This document shows, in pieces, positions 15,085 to 29,208 of a DNA stretch of 64,000 nucleotides. Position 1 is the stretch's first letter, and each line of letters starts with the position of its first letter. The DNA is taken from assembly GCA_964016885.1 (NCBI GenBank), contig OZ024760.1, forward strand, positions 21,266,001 to 21,330,000, written 5' to 3'. A model generated the notes under the pieces. That model was not told the origin of the DNA and made no database searches. It saw only the letters and a program-made list of their open reading frames with translations. This DNA is from Eledone cirrhosa. Lineage: Eukaryota. The position numbers were made by a program, and so were the translations under genes.

Positions 15085-15662
15085 CGCACACACACACACA
15101 CACTCACACACACACACTTACATATAAACGTACATAGACACATTCACACACACACATACACACAACACAAGCAGCAGACACATACAAAAATACACTCACA
15201 CACACACACAGACACAGCCATATCCAGGCACACACACACACACACACACACTTACATATAAACGTACATAGACACATTCACACACACACATACACACAAC
15301 ACAGGCAGACACATACAAAAATACACTCACACACACACAGACACAGCCATATCCAGGCACACACACACACACACACACACTTACATATAAACGTACATAG
15401 ACACATTCACACACACACATACACACAACACAGGCAGCAGACACATACAAAAATACACTCACATACACACACAGACACAGCCATATCCAGGCACACACAC
15501 ACACACACACACACACTTACATATAAACGTACATAGACACATTCACACACACATACACACAACACAGGCAGACACATACAAAAATACACTCACACACACA
15601 CACAGACACAGCCATATCCAGGCACACACACACACACACACACAGACACAGCCATATCCAGG

Positions 15663-15694
<32 letters not shown>

Positions 15695-15765
15695 TATCCA
15701 GGCACACACACACACACACACACAGACAGACACAGCCATATCCAGGCACACACACACACACACAA
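15085..15765. repeat. CA-rich compound minisatellite (~130-bp unit)
   Basis: Recurring CTTACATATAAACGTACATAGACACATT..AGACACATACAAAAATACACT..AGACACAGCCATATCCAGG, separated by (CA)n. Confidence 0.9.
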
Positions 15766-16152
15766 GTACATAGGTCCTCTTCAAACAAAGAAAATAACGT
15801 GGGTGGAACGTGTTGCTCTCAACCGACGCTCCTCTTTTTTAACAACAACAAACAAAAACACTATAACTATAAACAATGGCATCCGTTCCTATAGCAACTG
15901 ACTTCTCACAGACAGGTTATATATACTACTAGTGTGTGTGTGGTGTATGTGTGTGTGTATTTATATAAGTATGTATGTATATAAAATCTTAACGAAATAT
16001 CTTAAAATTACACACACACACACACATATATACATATATATATTTACACACATACATGTATTAGTGAGAATGGGTGGTAAAAAGAACAATGTGTAATTTA
16101 ACAACATACCTTAATGGTTTAATTGATATAACTTGTAGAATTAATGTTTGAA

Positions 16153-16210
<58 letters not shown>

Positions 16211-16317
16211 CGTATGTACGGCTAATCTATATTGTAATAATTGTACAACTATTTTGTCCGTCTGTCACATGAACGCTTCGCTCTGTTAAAAAAAAGTTCG
16301 TGATATTTATATTTAGA

Positions 16318-17085
16318 ACTAGCAGCAGTACCCAGCGTTGCCTGGGTAGGTAAAATAATATCTGCTTTGATGAAAAGGTGTTGATCTTAGCGACTGCGAG
16401 TTTCTTGAAAATCGGTCGTAAGGTGTAGCAAATGGCGAAATGTTGAGTGAAATCGTATGGAATATGTGGGAGGTGGAAAAAAAATCGTATTTTGAAGAGT
16501 TAAACGGCTGCCACGCCGTCCCTGAACAAAAAAATGCAAAGTGTAAAGCTACTATAAGATGTGCAATGATAGGTTCTATCGTAGTATAAAAGTTGAACCA
16601 AATAAATTGATTTATGTGTGAGGTGGAGCCGAAGTTTCGATTTTGAACGAAATCGGTTGAAAAATGTGGGAGCTAGAGCCGAAAAGGCGGAAGTTTGAGC
16701 GAAAAGGTGGTATTTTCGAATATTTAAGCGGCTGCCACGCCGTTCCTGAACAAAAAATCCAAAATGTAAAGCCACTTTAAGACGTGAAATAATCAGATCT
16801 GGCGTAGTGTAAAATTTGAACACAAGTAGGTTCATTAATGTGGGAGCTAGAGCCGAAAAAGTGGAAATTTGAGTCTAAAAGTGATATTTTTGAATATTTA
16901 AGCGGCTGCCACGCCGTCCCTGAACAACAAATGCAAAATATAAAGCCATTACAGGTTGTGCAATGTTAAATTCTATTTTGCTTTAAAATTTGAACGAAAT
17001 CGGTGGCAAAATGTGGGAGCTAGAGCCAAAAATCTTATTTTTCGATACCTAAAAAAAGGTGACGCCCCCTCCCCCTATCGATTTG
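16318..17085 (+). mobile_element. Non-autonomous Helentron/HINE-like element with three ~175-bp internal repeats
   Basis: Terminus ACTAG..ACCCAGCGTTGCCTGGGT hairpin. GGCTGCCACGCCGTYCCTGAAC and AATGTGGGAGCTAGAGCC each recur three times. Confidence 0.65.
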
Positions 17086-17687
17086 TTATAGTCTGTGTGT
17101 GGAGAAATAACAATCATATAAAGAATTCATCACCAGATCAAAAACCTTAACACTCTCGATTACCTGCTTAAGTGCTTCTACTACACGTAACTCTGCCACA
17201 CTATATAAACAAGACGCACGTGCTTGCCACACATATAACCTTTGCACTATATAACCGCTTAATTTCATGTTGTATTTTAACCTGTATTTTTGATTGTATC
17301 TTTTAATATGAATGTAATCTCTAAGTGTGTACTGCCACTCTAAATGTTATAATGAATGTTGACCCACAATATTTGCATATGTATCTGTATGTCTCTTGGG
17401 TGAAAAGGAGGTCATATAAGTGTTCATTCAATAATAAATTGCTCCGAAGAAATCAAGCCTCGGTTTGGAGGAAACAGTTGTAAGCATAAAAATGTTTTGA
17501 ACAGTCCTTTGGTTATTATAATTCATATAACTGCTCTGTAAATCATCTGATGTTATTACATTGAGCTATTTAACTTACTGGTAATAAGGAAGTAATATAT
17601 TACTGCCTACCACTATTTAGAGTTTATAAAAATATAGATAACTGCAAAAGGTTTTTGTATTTGCATAACCATAAATAGTATAATTAA

Positions 17688-17785
<98 letters not shown>

Positions 17786-17918
17786 TATATTTAATTTGTT
17801 GGGATACAACAAGCAAAATATTTTTATTACTGATATAAAGCACTCAACAAATTATTGGAGTAATGGTTGCATTTTTTAAGGGTATGTCAATATTTATTTA
17901 TAAAACTAACCTATATTA

Positions 17919-17984
17919 TATTTTATCTGATGAAAGCGCACCATAGTTTGCTCTGGTGGCCCTTGAAATATGTATAATGAAATA
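17919..17984 (+). ncRNA. Type-I hammerhead ribozyme motif (Penelope-type)
   Basis: TATTTTAT-CTGATGA-AAGCGCACCA..TGGTGGCCCTT-GAA-ATATGTAT-A-ATGAAATA. Stem I has 8 bp including one GU pair. Confidence 0.7.
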
Positions 17985-18015
17985 AATATGGTTTTATAAA
18001 TATAGTTTCCATTTG

Positions 18016-18074
<59 letters not shown>

Positions 18075-18077
<3 letters not shown>

Positions 18078-18250
18078 TAGGGCGGGTAATAATTTCCGAG
18101 CTCCATAGACGAGTTTTCTCCAGCGGTCTCTGTCCCTCATTATCGCTGCCATGTCCTGCGTCTCCATGAGACAAGTGTCTGTCCTTAGGGCATCAGCATA
18201 TGTTAACTTCGGTCTTCCTCTTCCAGTGTGTCCATGCAGGGGCTCCCACA
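18075..18250 (-). mobile_element. RTE LINE 3' end
   Basis: WEPLHGHTGRGRPKLTYADALRTDT..DRDRWRKLV. Confidence 0.85.
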
Positions 18251-18258
18251 CGAGACAG

Positions 18259-18714
18259 GAATGGGATAATTGGACGAAGGACCCGCAACATGAACTGACA
18301 CCGACAAGGACGTATGAAGAGGCCTACATGCTCCCAGGTAACGCAGTGGGTGAAAAACTCGTGGGGGTACTGTGAAAACTGAGACTGTTATAAAAGCTTT
18401 CAAAAACTCTACCATCAACAATGCCCAAGATGGCACCGAAGAGGATTTTCTCTATAATGATAGCGACACAAGTGATTCTGAAAACAGTGATAACCCTGAG
18501 AAATGTGAGGAAGATGATGTATTTCAGGAACTAGACGAGGGTGGCAGCCAGGAAACCAACGGGGATGACAGTAATCATGATTTTATAAGATTTAAAAGTG
18601 ATTGAAATGTTAATAGCGTTGATTCCCCTTAATTTTAATTTTTCCTGGATATTCATGTTAAATTTAGAGTGCGTCTTATATTCCGGTGCCTCTTATATTT
18701 CGAAAAAATACGGT
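18259..18714 (+). mobile_element. pogo/Tigger-type DNA transposon 3' fragment
   Basis: WGTVKTETVIKAFKNSTINNAQDGTEEDFL plus an acidic tail. Terminal GCGTCTTATATTCCGGTGCCTCTTATATTTCGAAAAAATACGGT. Confidence 0.75.
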
Positions 18715-19104
18715 GTATACTGAAGGAGATTCGACTGATATTTGTAGCAAGTCAAGTGACTATATAGAGCAACACTCATTCGTTAGTAGTTGTCAATACC
18801 TCTGTGATTTGCACATCCTCATTCCTAGCTTTAAAGTAAACAGAATTCCTGATGTTAAAAAGACCATGAAAAGTGTGCCAAATATCAAACAGAATATATT
18901 TGATGATCTATAACCTATCTTATGTTCATTAGTCTCACGATCAAGGTCGCGAGTTCGATTCCTAGACCAGATGATGAGTTGTGTCCTTCAACAAGGCACT
19001 TCATTTCATGTTGGCAAAACATGAAGACCAACAGACACTGTGCTCTAAATGGGAGCGAAAACCACTACATGGGCAGTAAGTTCTTCGTAGCAAAGAACCT
19101 GATG

Positions 19105-20760
19105 TGAGGCTAAGATACTCGGCCCATTTCTGGGTGAGAGAGGTCACCTTGCTCGTCACCTCGTCCCAGTTTTTGTCCGTCTGGAGGTCCGGACCGAACC
19201 AGGCCCTTAGCAATTTAACTGGTCCTCCGTCCAGCGCCCAACGACGCTATTGGATGGCATGGACCTGCCTCTCCAGGTGCCGAGATGCAGGCCCACCGAC
19301 TTTTCCTGGTTGATCATTGCTCCTGTCATTACCAGTATTCTCTTAGTGTGGTGCCGATCGCCTCGATGTGTTTGGCATTCGACACCACTACGGTGACGTC
19401 GTCTGTATATGCTGACACGGTTCTTCCGCATCCCAGTTCGCGAGGGACCTCCCCGCCTCAACGTCTATAGTTTTTGCAGTAGAGGCTCGAGAGTCAATAC
19501 GTACAACAGGTATGAGAGGAGACATCCTTAGCAGACCGAGCGCATGATGTTGAACGGTTCCGAAAGGTGACCGTTCACTCTCACCACAGAGCAGATGTCT
19601 CTGTGCGTGGCAGCGATCCACCCTCTGAAGACGGGCCCAAAGCCAGCCGCCCTCTGGACTGCCGCCAGATAACGATGGTCGACCCTATCGAAAGCTTTCG
19701 ACTGATCTAAATTGATCAAGGACCCACCCGTGCCAGATTCCCTAGCTACCCTCTCCACGATGTATCGCATACGGTGGAGGTTGTCGTGGATGGCTCTGTC
19801 TAGAATGGCGCATGTCTGCGCCTCTCCCACCAGACCACCGACGACAAGCGCCAACCTCTTCGCTAGCACCTTGGCCAAAATCTTGAACTCTGTGTTAAGC
19901 AGAGTTACGGGCCTGAAATTATCTATGTTGTCTCCCTTGTTCGGATCCTTTCTCAGCAGCACCACAACTCCTCGACTCACAGAGCTGGGAATTCTCCCGT
20001 TCTGCTGCCAGTTGCAGTAGACGTCCGCCAAGAGGTCTCCGAACAAGTCTGGCATGTGTACGTAAGGTTTGTAGAACCATCCAAACCAGGCGATTTACCC
20101 ATTGTGCAGCCAGACATTGTCCCCCATACTTCAGCGGCTGTTATCGGCTTTTCGCAACAGTCCACCTCGGTGGCCGAGAGCCGCGGCAGTCCGCCGAGGT
20201 AGGCACTAAAGTCCATCCCGCGATCCGGCTCACCGCTGCCCCCGAACAGATGGGCTAAGTGTCTCTGAGAAGCCGCACACATGTGTCCGGCGTCGAGTAA
20301 TATGCGCACGTCATGGTCCGCCAAAGACCGAATCGTGGCTTTGTTGCCATGACGCGCCTCCGCCACTCGAGCCCATCGAACGGCTTTCGTCCCCTCATGC
20401 CTGAGAGCACGCACCCTAGCTCTGACAACGGAGCCTTCGTGCTCTGCGTTGAAGAATTGGTCGATGGCCAATTTCGCCGCAAGCATGTCGGTCGTGGTGC
20501 CTTTACTAAGCGCCTCATCTAATTTGCTAACTAGTTCTCCTCTTGCTCTACTTTTCGCAATTGCTAACGCCTTATTAAACCCAATGGACTCTATTCTAAT
20601 CGCTCTTTTCAGGATAAACCACCATTTGTTGTTGACGATGGCCCCCGTCAACGCCCGCTTAACTATCCCTCGGTCTTTTCCTGATCCAGGACTGCAGCTC
20701 CGTTAATGAGACGAGCTGGGGAAAAACACGTCTGGCAAACGGCGACCACACCTGTTCACC
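19105..20760 (-). mobile_element. L1/Tx1-clade LINE ORF2 fragment (degenerate RT)
   Basis: GKSPGLDG, NFRPVTLLNTEFKILAKVLAKRL, LDQSKAFDRVDH, YADDV. GC-rich, with frameshifts. Confidence 0.9.
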
Positions 20761-20963
20761 GTCAAGGAAGAAGAAGAAATTATCGCAACACATTCTCAAT
20801 GGAAGACAAAGAAATAAATGTTATATATTTGATATATTTGAACTTACAAGATTAGGTTTTTCAGAAAACAAAACGAAAGCATTTTTTAAAATGACATTTT
20901 CGTGAAAAATGCACAATGTTAAGCAAATAAATAACTTTAGAAGTTTTAAAAAGAGCTTTTGTG

Positions 20964-21164
20964 TACGAGGGTCGGCTGTAAAGTTCATAGGTTGACTATA
21001 AAGAGTGATGCTAGAGCTGTGAAATCTTACATGCATTAATTTCAACTCTTCTTATTAATAAAGGCGTTGTTTCTTTCCAGGGACTATGTTGAAAAATAAA
21101 CCTCATTTGTTCATTCCATGAGAGTATCTTAGTCAGCTTATGGACTTTTCAGCTGACCCTTGTA
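20964..21164. mobile_element. mariner-type MITE; relatives at 32608-32808, 50609-51067, ~59906-60048 and ~63210-63310
   Basis: TA-flanked TIRs CGAGGGTCGGCTGTAAAGTTCATA / TATGGACTTTTCAGCTGACCCTTG. Confidence 0.75.
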
Positions 21165-21172
21165 AATATATC

Positions 21173-21387
21173 TAGTGGAACCTTGGTTCACTAACGCCTC
21201 TCATCACGAACAAATCGGTTCACGAACAATTTTTCCAAACATAAAATGTCTCGGTTGACGAATGGTGTCTCGAGTAACAAACACGCAAGCCGGCAACAAC
21301 GGTTGGCAACAAACTTGGAGTATCGGCGCGAAAGAGTCACTTGCTGTATAGTTACTTACTATGGTGATATCTATCTGTCTTTCACAT

Positions 21388-21484
<97 letters not shown>

Positions 21485-21578
21485 ATTTCTCTCTCAACAT
21501 TTCGTATGAGAAAAATAGTTTCAGTTTAGGAACGACCTTCAGGAACGAATTAAATTCGTGAACCGAGGTTCCACTGTA
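21173..21578. mobile_element. Tigger-like MITE
   Basis: TIRs AGTGGAACCTTGGTTCAC / GTGAACCGAGGTTCCACT-GTA. Confidence 0.75.
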
Positions 21579-21983
21579 TTATGTAAATGTGCAGTAGAGA
21601 ACCACAGCAAATCCAGATTCATTTCCAGTTCATACACAGATATAGTTTTGCACGCTGATTACGAAAATCGAAGTCATTTCTAGGAAAAATTAATCAATAG
21701 ATAGTTACAACGCTTCAAAGGTTGAGTTAGATTTTGAAAGTAATTTTTGGCAAACCGGAAGTAAAATTATATTTTAGTTCATACAACAGCAACAATATTG
21801 ACCTCATCTAAGTCAGATTACAGGAATTAGATATACAATTAAAATTATTATGTCAAGTAGCTTACTCATAAATATGTGACAATTATATATATATATATAT
21901 ATAATTATTAGGGTAAATATTGATGCAATTCAATTCAAGCACTCAACGTACTTTTTCCACATAGGCGTGACAGAGTAAATATT

Positions 21984-22530
21984 GAATAAGGAAAAGCGAA
22001 GTAGTTTCAGATGTTCAAGTCCTTTAATAATAATTGTTTCTACTTTAGGCACAAGGCCAGCAATTACCCAGTGCATTACTGGTACTTTATTTTATCGACC
22101 CCGTAAGGATGAAAGGCAAAGTCAACCTCGGCGGGATTTGAACTCAGATCGTAAAGGGACGTAACTATGCTGGAAAGCATGGCGTCCGACCCTCTACCTA
22201 TACTGCCAATCCACCGCCCTTTAATAATAATGCTGTGATATATATTTCAAGCGCGACACTGGCCACACTGTTCTGTGTGCGAGTGTCGTGACATCATCTG
22301 ACAGCTTGTTACATAATAAGGTTATGTTTCAGAGGCAATCCAAATTGAATCGACATGGGAACGGATGAAGTTCGTGCTTTGAAACATAACCTTATTATGT
22401 AACAAGCTGTCTGATGATGTCACGACACTCGCACACAGAACAGTGTGGCCAGTGTCGTCATTGAAATATATATCACAGCATTATTATTAAAGGACTTGAA
22501 CATCTGAAACTACTTCGCTTTTCCTTATTC
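21984..22530. repeat. Long inverted repeat (~150-bp arms, 50-bp spacer) with a SINE inserted in the left arm
   Basis: 21984-22033 plus 22221-22330 is the reverse complement of 22381-22530. Confidence 0.9.
22033..22220 (-). mobile_element. Full-length Nin-SINE; further copies at 30352-30531, 37163-37353, 39403-39584, 47891-48070 (-), 57647-57825 (+) and truncated ones at 23643-23762, 45435-45555, 60086-60200
   Basis: Complete head, B box and Nin domain. TSD CTTTAATAATAAT here, CCTTGTAATTTAAT at the 47.9-kb copy and ATTTATATCTACACA at the 60.1-kb copy. Confidence 0.9.
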
Positions 22531-22548
22531 TATATATATATATATATA

Positions 22549-22731
22549 TAGGAACGAGTAGGACGCCGACGGCTAATTCTGGACTAAATGCATTTAGTCC
22601 AGAATTAGCCGTCGAAACGGCTTGAGCTCAGCCGTCGGGGTCCTACTCGTTCCTATTACCCACTCTACTACCCCTAAGTATTGAGTACTTTGGTGCGTTA
22701 TGGTCCATCTGGTTTCTACCACATTTCCTTC

Positions 22732-22733
<2 letters not shown>
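22549..22733 (+). mobile_element. (TA)n-embedded hairpin element; copies at 40735-40939 and 44296-44507, relatives at 40351-40463 and 56973-57085
   Basis: A ~125-bp palindrome (GGAACGAGTAGGACCCCGACGGCTGAGCTC...) followed by a shared ~80-bp tail (TTACCCACTCTACTACCCTAAGTATTGAGTACTTTGGTGCGTTATGGTCC). The three full copies are flanked by (TA)n. Confidence 0.85.
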
Positions 22734-22803
<70 letters not shown>

Positions 22804-22824
22804 ATTAAATAAATGGAAAACTAT

Positions 22825-23118
22825 ATTTATAAAACCATATTTATTTCATTATATATATTTCGGGGATATCATATTAACAATATGCTATGCCTTCATCAGA
22901 CAAAATACAATATAAACAGTTTTATAGATAAATAGATTCGACATACCGTAATAAACACCGACTTCATTTGAAGTCAAATGAAATCGGTGTTTATTACGGT
23001 ATGTCGAATCTATTTATCTATAAAACTGTTTATATTGTATTTTGTCTGATGAAGGCATAGCATATTGTTAATATGATATCCCCGAAATATATATAATGAA
23101 ATAAATATGGTTTTATAA

Positions 23119-23120
<2 letters not shown>
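22825..23120. repeat. 296-bp near-perfect palindrome with a hammerhead motif in each arm
   Basis: Centre at 22972/22973, with mismatches only at the centre and at 22962/22983. CTGATGA lies at 23046 (+) and its mirror at 22893-22899 (-). Confidence 0.92.
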
Positions 23121-23203
<83 letters not shown>

Positions 23204-24239
23204 CACACACACACAAACATAATATCCCTATGGTGTCTTTAAAATGTTCTCGGTTTTTTAGTGTTGTTCTCCATGTATACTAAATCACCCTCCCCCCGCC
23301 CACTTTACCACTTACTATTAGTTTCTCTTGAGTTAGTATTGTGTGTGTAGAGGGGGTGGGGGTGGGGGGCATGTAGTTGATTGATTATTGACTATTAACC
23401 TGTCCAACTACTGCAATCGACCTGTTGAACAAGTGTCGTTTTGTGTTGCCTTGGAAACAGCTTTCGTCATTAGCGAACACTTATTAACAATGGAACGCCA
23501 TATACCATTTGTTTGTGTGTGTATGTGTGCGTGCGTGAGTCTATATCCCCCCTCTCTCTCCCTCTCTATCTATCTATCTTAACTATAATAAAGGAGTGCG
23601 GGACTGCGTCCTGAATATATTTTTTTTTACCCCGAATAAATAATTGTTTCTACATTTGGCACAAGGCCCAGCAATTACCCAGTGTATTACTGGTACTTTA
23701 TTTATATCGACCCCGAAAGGATGAAAGGCCAAAGTTAACCTCGGCGCCGATTTGAGCTCAGAATAAACTTTGAATAATAATGAATGAATATTACATAATT
23801 TATCTGCTAAATTTCGTGGCTGATGATTAAATATATTTTATTAGCTTATTTAAAGACCTTTAAAAATGTTCAAAATGTCAACACTTCCGGTTAGCGGCCG
23901 TTCCGGCCGTTATATTATAACACTTATAGTCTAATATTAGCGATCCTAGACTGATATGTAATACATACAATGAAACACTGTGTCATTGTTATGCAATAAA
24001 TGTCATTCCCACTCTTCCTGCATTGTGATATTATAAATAATAATTTCGTAAATTTTTATATATATTCCGTAACTTGTTACACTTTGAACCTTTAGTGGAA
24101 CTACCACAGAATTTACCAAATGGAAAATGAAATAATTCGACTGTTGTGTAAAAACACTATTGTTAAGTGGCCCCCCTCATTCTAGTTACATAATCAAATT
24201 AATATGATTACTCTAACGGAAACTGAATAATGCTTTAAT

Positions 24240-24657
<418 letters not shown>

Positions 24658-24896
24658 ATATATATATTGCTGTGACTATTCCGATTAGTGTATCGATACT
24701 AACTATAACTACATTGGAAATTGTTAAGAGAAACGCTATTCAATTGTATACTTCTTTTTCCAACTACTGAGTGATCAAAAATCAATTGACTATGAGCGTA
24801 TATATAGTAAAACTATTAAAACATAATATCGATCCAGTATTCTGTTGGGTGGCTTTCGGCGTTCTTTTCGTGAATTGTAACACGTGTATATGTAAG

Positions 24897-24931
<35 letters not shown>

Positions 24932-24979
24932 TGAACCCACACCGTTTCAACGACGTGTGAATGAACAAGTAACTACCCC

Positions 24980-25015
<36 letters not shown>

Positions 25016-25254
25016 ATATATATATATAGCGAGAGAGAGAGAGAGATGTTAATATATATAAACACACACACTTCCCTAAAATGACTGACTAAAGACACAC
25101 ATACTTTCTTCCTGTAAAATGTCTTACTTTTCAATGTTTTCCTCTTCTTACTATCGTCTATCTATTTCTTCTTTAATCTCTCATTCTTTCTTTTGATGAA
25201 GGACTAGTATTTGAAACGTTAAGACACTTTTTTTTACTATAGCAAACGTTAAAC

Positions 25255-25315
<61 letters not shown>

Positions 25316-25578
25316 TTTGTTTTCTTCCCTCCGTTTTCCCACTGTCCCGATAACTTAATTGAGTTATCGCTTGCACTGATTTTAGGTATATAGTCTTTAA
25401 TGCGTCGAAATACCAACGATAAATCAGAAGACTACTGAAGAGGACATTTTAACCCTTGTCTATTTTTATTCATATATATATATATGTATATATAAACGGT
25501 CGATATGCAAATTGGGCTACTCAGCCGTTAATATGCATAAGGTAAGTATATACGTTCAACAATCTGGCAGGAAGGTAT

Positions 25579-25621
25579 ACGTTGCTGACGATGGCTAATA
25601 AGCTTGAAACTAGTACAGCGT
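25579..25621 (+). ncRNA. Minimal type-I hammerhead motif
   Basis: ACGTTG-CTGACGA-TGGCT-AATA-AGCTT-GAA-ACTAGT-A-CAGCGT, with palindromic stem III (ACTAGT). Confidence 0.65.
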
Positions 25622-25917
25622 TCCTTTGTCAGTGTTGAACAAACGAGCAACGATGGTTGCTAGACACTACGGCTTAATACGGGATGTTTGTTTACAAACA
25701 CACCGAGCATTATAATAAATGTTCGGTGAATCCATACGTACATATATATATATATGTGTGCATGTATGTATATATATATATATATATATATACATACTAC
25801 TGTACGTCTGTATACATATATGTATGTACGTGTACATACTTATATTTATGTATATATATATATATTATATATATGTATATCTATATATATATATATATTA
25901 TATATATATATATATAT

Positions 25918-25949
<32 letters not shown>

Positions 25950-26042
25950 TATCCATTGTACTGTATTGATCCCCTGTGTTGTTTTTTCCAATATATATAT
26001 ATCCCATAACTAGTAATCTCTCTTTCCCCCTTTCTGCCCCCT

Positions 26043-26085
<43 letters not shown>

Positions 26086-26687
26086 CTCTCTCTCTCTATA
26101 TATATATAAAGAGAGAGAGAAAGAGACTGAGAGAGAGGGGGAGGGAAATGGAGAGAGAGATTACTGGTTATTAATTGAAGGAGTTAGCAATGATTATAAT
26201 AATCGATTATCGATTTTGTAGCAAGCCTGTGATGTTGACAATGGTAATGAAGCAAGGTAGCTAGATAGACGTCAACGTGTGCAGACACATACATGCATAC
26301 AGACACACACACACACATGCAGGGAACAAAGAGAGAAGCACACACATACACACACATGTTGACACAGAGGTACATGCACAGAAACTTACCCACGCACAAT
26401 GAGGCACGCTCACACACACAGAGGTATACACCCTCAAAAAGACATACACATAGACACAGAGGCTCACACACACAACTTGAAATTAGAACAAAAAAGTGAA
26501 AAGGAAGCCATTATTTGTTATGAACTGTACACACATGAAACATGTTTTGTTTGGACAAAATCACATAAAGGTTTGCTTTAAATATTTATCAATGTCCAAT
26601 GTTATGACTGCAAGAGAATTGAACGATACAATGTGTGACTCATTCCAGTTTTCACTAAACTTGTGTATTAACTGTTAAACTGGCACA

Positions 26688-27400
26688 GCGGTGAATTGAG
26701 TGAGTCGCGAGAGCGTCGGGTTAAATTGACAGTGTCGTTACAATGGCTGATCAAATTCATAACATCGTATCAGAATGACATGGACATAAAAACGTCAGAT
26801 GAAATTGACAGAACTTCGCATTAAATTGACTGACAGAGTCGTACAACGTCGGATAAAATTAAGAAAGTTGTTACAATATTGGGTTAAACTGACAAAGTCG
26901 TCAGAGCGTAGGATCAGATTGACAGAATTGTTACAATGTCGAATCAAATTGAATGAGTCGTAATAGCGTTGGATTAAATCGACAGTTGTTACAGCCTCCC
27001 TTTAAATTGAAAGAGTCGTTATTACAATGTCAGATTAAATTGACAGAATTGTTACAACGCTGAGCTAAATTGACAGAGTCGTTTGAGCATAAAATCAAAT
27101 TGACAGGTTCGTTTGAGCGTCAGATCAAATTGACAGAATCGTTACAACGCTGAGCTAAATTGACAAGAGTCGTTTGAGCATAAAATCAAATTGACAGGTT
27201 CGTTTGAGCGTCAGATCAAATTGACAGAATCGTTACAACGCCGGATGAAAATTGTTACGTCGGATCAAGTATACAGAATCATTTGAGCACCGGATCAAAT
27301 TGACAGGGTCGTCTGAGCGTCGGCTCAAGATGACCGAGTTATCAGGGTGTCGGATTAAATAGTTTGGCATTATTTGTTCTGTATCTCTGCGCTCTGAGTT
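26688..27400 (+). repeat. Degenerate 30-bp minisatellite (~21 copies) derived from a SINE head, ending at a B-box-like motif
   Basis: Unit ~AAATTGACAGAATCGTTACAACGTCGGATC. Starts with GCGGTGAATTG and runs into TCTGAGTTCCAATTCCGC. Confidence 0.7.
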
Positions 27401-27627
27401 CCAATTCCGCTGTGATAAGGTGTTTCACACCAAACAACTCAGAGGGTAAAAAGCCAGGGTAAATGTCGCAACACCTCGCCAACCCACCGCCTTGAAATGG
27501 TACTTTACTTTGATTGACACCGGAAGGAGGAAAGACATGATGTGATCTCAGATTATAGAGAACTGGAACTAATCCTTTAAGAAACACATTTTATCTAGTC
27601 TTATACTGCAATGGTACTGCAGTAAGG

Positions 27628-28497
27628 CTGCAGTGGTATGTTAATACCACTAAAATGACACTGCAATGGTATGTTAATGCTACTAAAATGACACTGCAGT
27701 GGTATGATGATACCACTAAAATGACACTGCAATGGTATGTTAATGCTACTAAAATGACACTGCAGTGGTATGTTAATGCTACTAAAATGACACTGCAGTG
27801 GTATGTTAATGCTACTAAAATTACACTGCAGTGGTATGTTAATGCTACTAAAATGACACTGCAGTGGTATGTTAATACCACTAAAATGACACTGCAATGG
27901 TATGTTAATGCTACTAAAATGACACTGCAATGGTATGTTAATACCACTAAAATGACACTGCAATGGTATGTTAATGCTACTAAAATGACACTGCAGTGGT
28001 ATGTTAATACCACTAAAATGACACTGCAATGGTATGTTAATGCCACTAAAATGACACTGCAATGGTATGTTAATACCACTAAAATGACACTGCAATGGTA
28101 TGTTAATGCCACTAAAATGACACTGCACTGGTATGTTAATACCACTAAAATGACACTGCAATGGTATGTTAATACCACTAAAATGACACTGCAATGGTAT
28201 GTTAATGCTACTAAAATGACACTGCAATGGTATGTTAATACCACTAAAATGACACTGCAATGGTATGTTAATGCTACTAAAATGACACTGCAATGGTATG
28301 TTAATACCACTAAAATGACACTGCAATGGTATGTTAATACCACTAAAATGACACTGCAATGGTATGTTAATGCTACTAAAATGACACTGCAATGGTATGT
28401 TAATGCCACTAAAATGACACTGCAGTGGTATGTTAATACCACTAAAATGACACTGCACTGGTATGTTAATACCACTAAAATGACACTGCAATGGCAC
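27628..28497. repeat. 33-bp minisatellite, about 26 copies
   Basis: Unit CTGCARTGGTATGTTAATRCYACTAAAATGACA. Confidence 0.97.
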
Positions 28498-28885
28498 TAG
28501 ACTAACACTTCAGTGGTATAACAATGCCATTACAATGACACACGCCATAGCAATATCATAAATCCACCGTGTGACCAAGATAACACTGCGATGACGACGG
28601 TATTGCCAATGAAGTGGTATTACAACACTAACAATGACGCTCTGTTGAACAAACAAAGAGCGATTGCCTTTACTAAATTCTTAACTTGCTGCTCCAACAG
28701 CTTCGTCATTGATTGCTGCTAACAAAAGATATTGAAACCCTAATATAGCCAGTCATACAGCTGTTCTGTAGAGCCCACAAATGTCAACATAACATACACA
28801 TAAACCTTCTTTGCTTGCAGTCATCGAAACTACTCATACTACAGCAGATTATGATGTCAGGAAAAAAAAAGGGAAGATGGCATAT

Positions 28886-28921
<36 letters not shown>

Positions 28922-29016
28922 TGTGTGCGTGTGTGTGCGTGTGTTTGCGCGCGTGCACACACATATATAGATAGATAGTTATGAGAGAGAGAAATATACT
29001 ACGCCCACAAACACGC

Positions 29017-29103
<87 letters not shown>

Positions 29104-29208
29104 CACACACATATACATATACATATGTACCTTTGGGTTATATCGAACATTAATAATTGTTTCTACTTTTGGCATAAGGCCAGCAATTATCCCAGTGCAT
29201 TACTGGTA

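Noticed and set aside
23880-23912. CpG-rich patch with ETS-like CTTCCGG motifs
   Set aside because: No associated exon or other promoter evidence, and it may be transposon interior.
27591-28500. ORFs with 11-aa repeats in three frames
   Set aside because: By-product of the 33-bp minisatellite.
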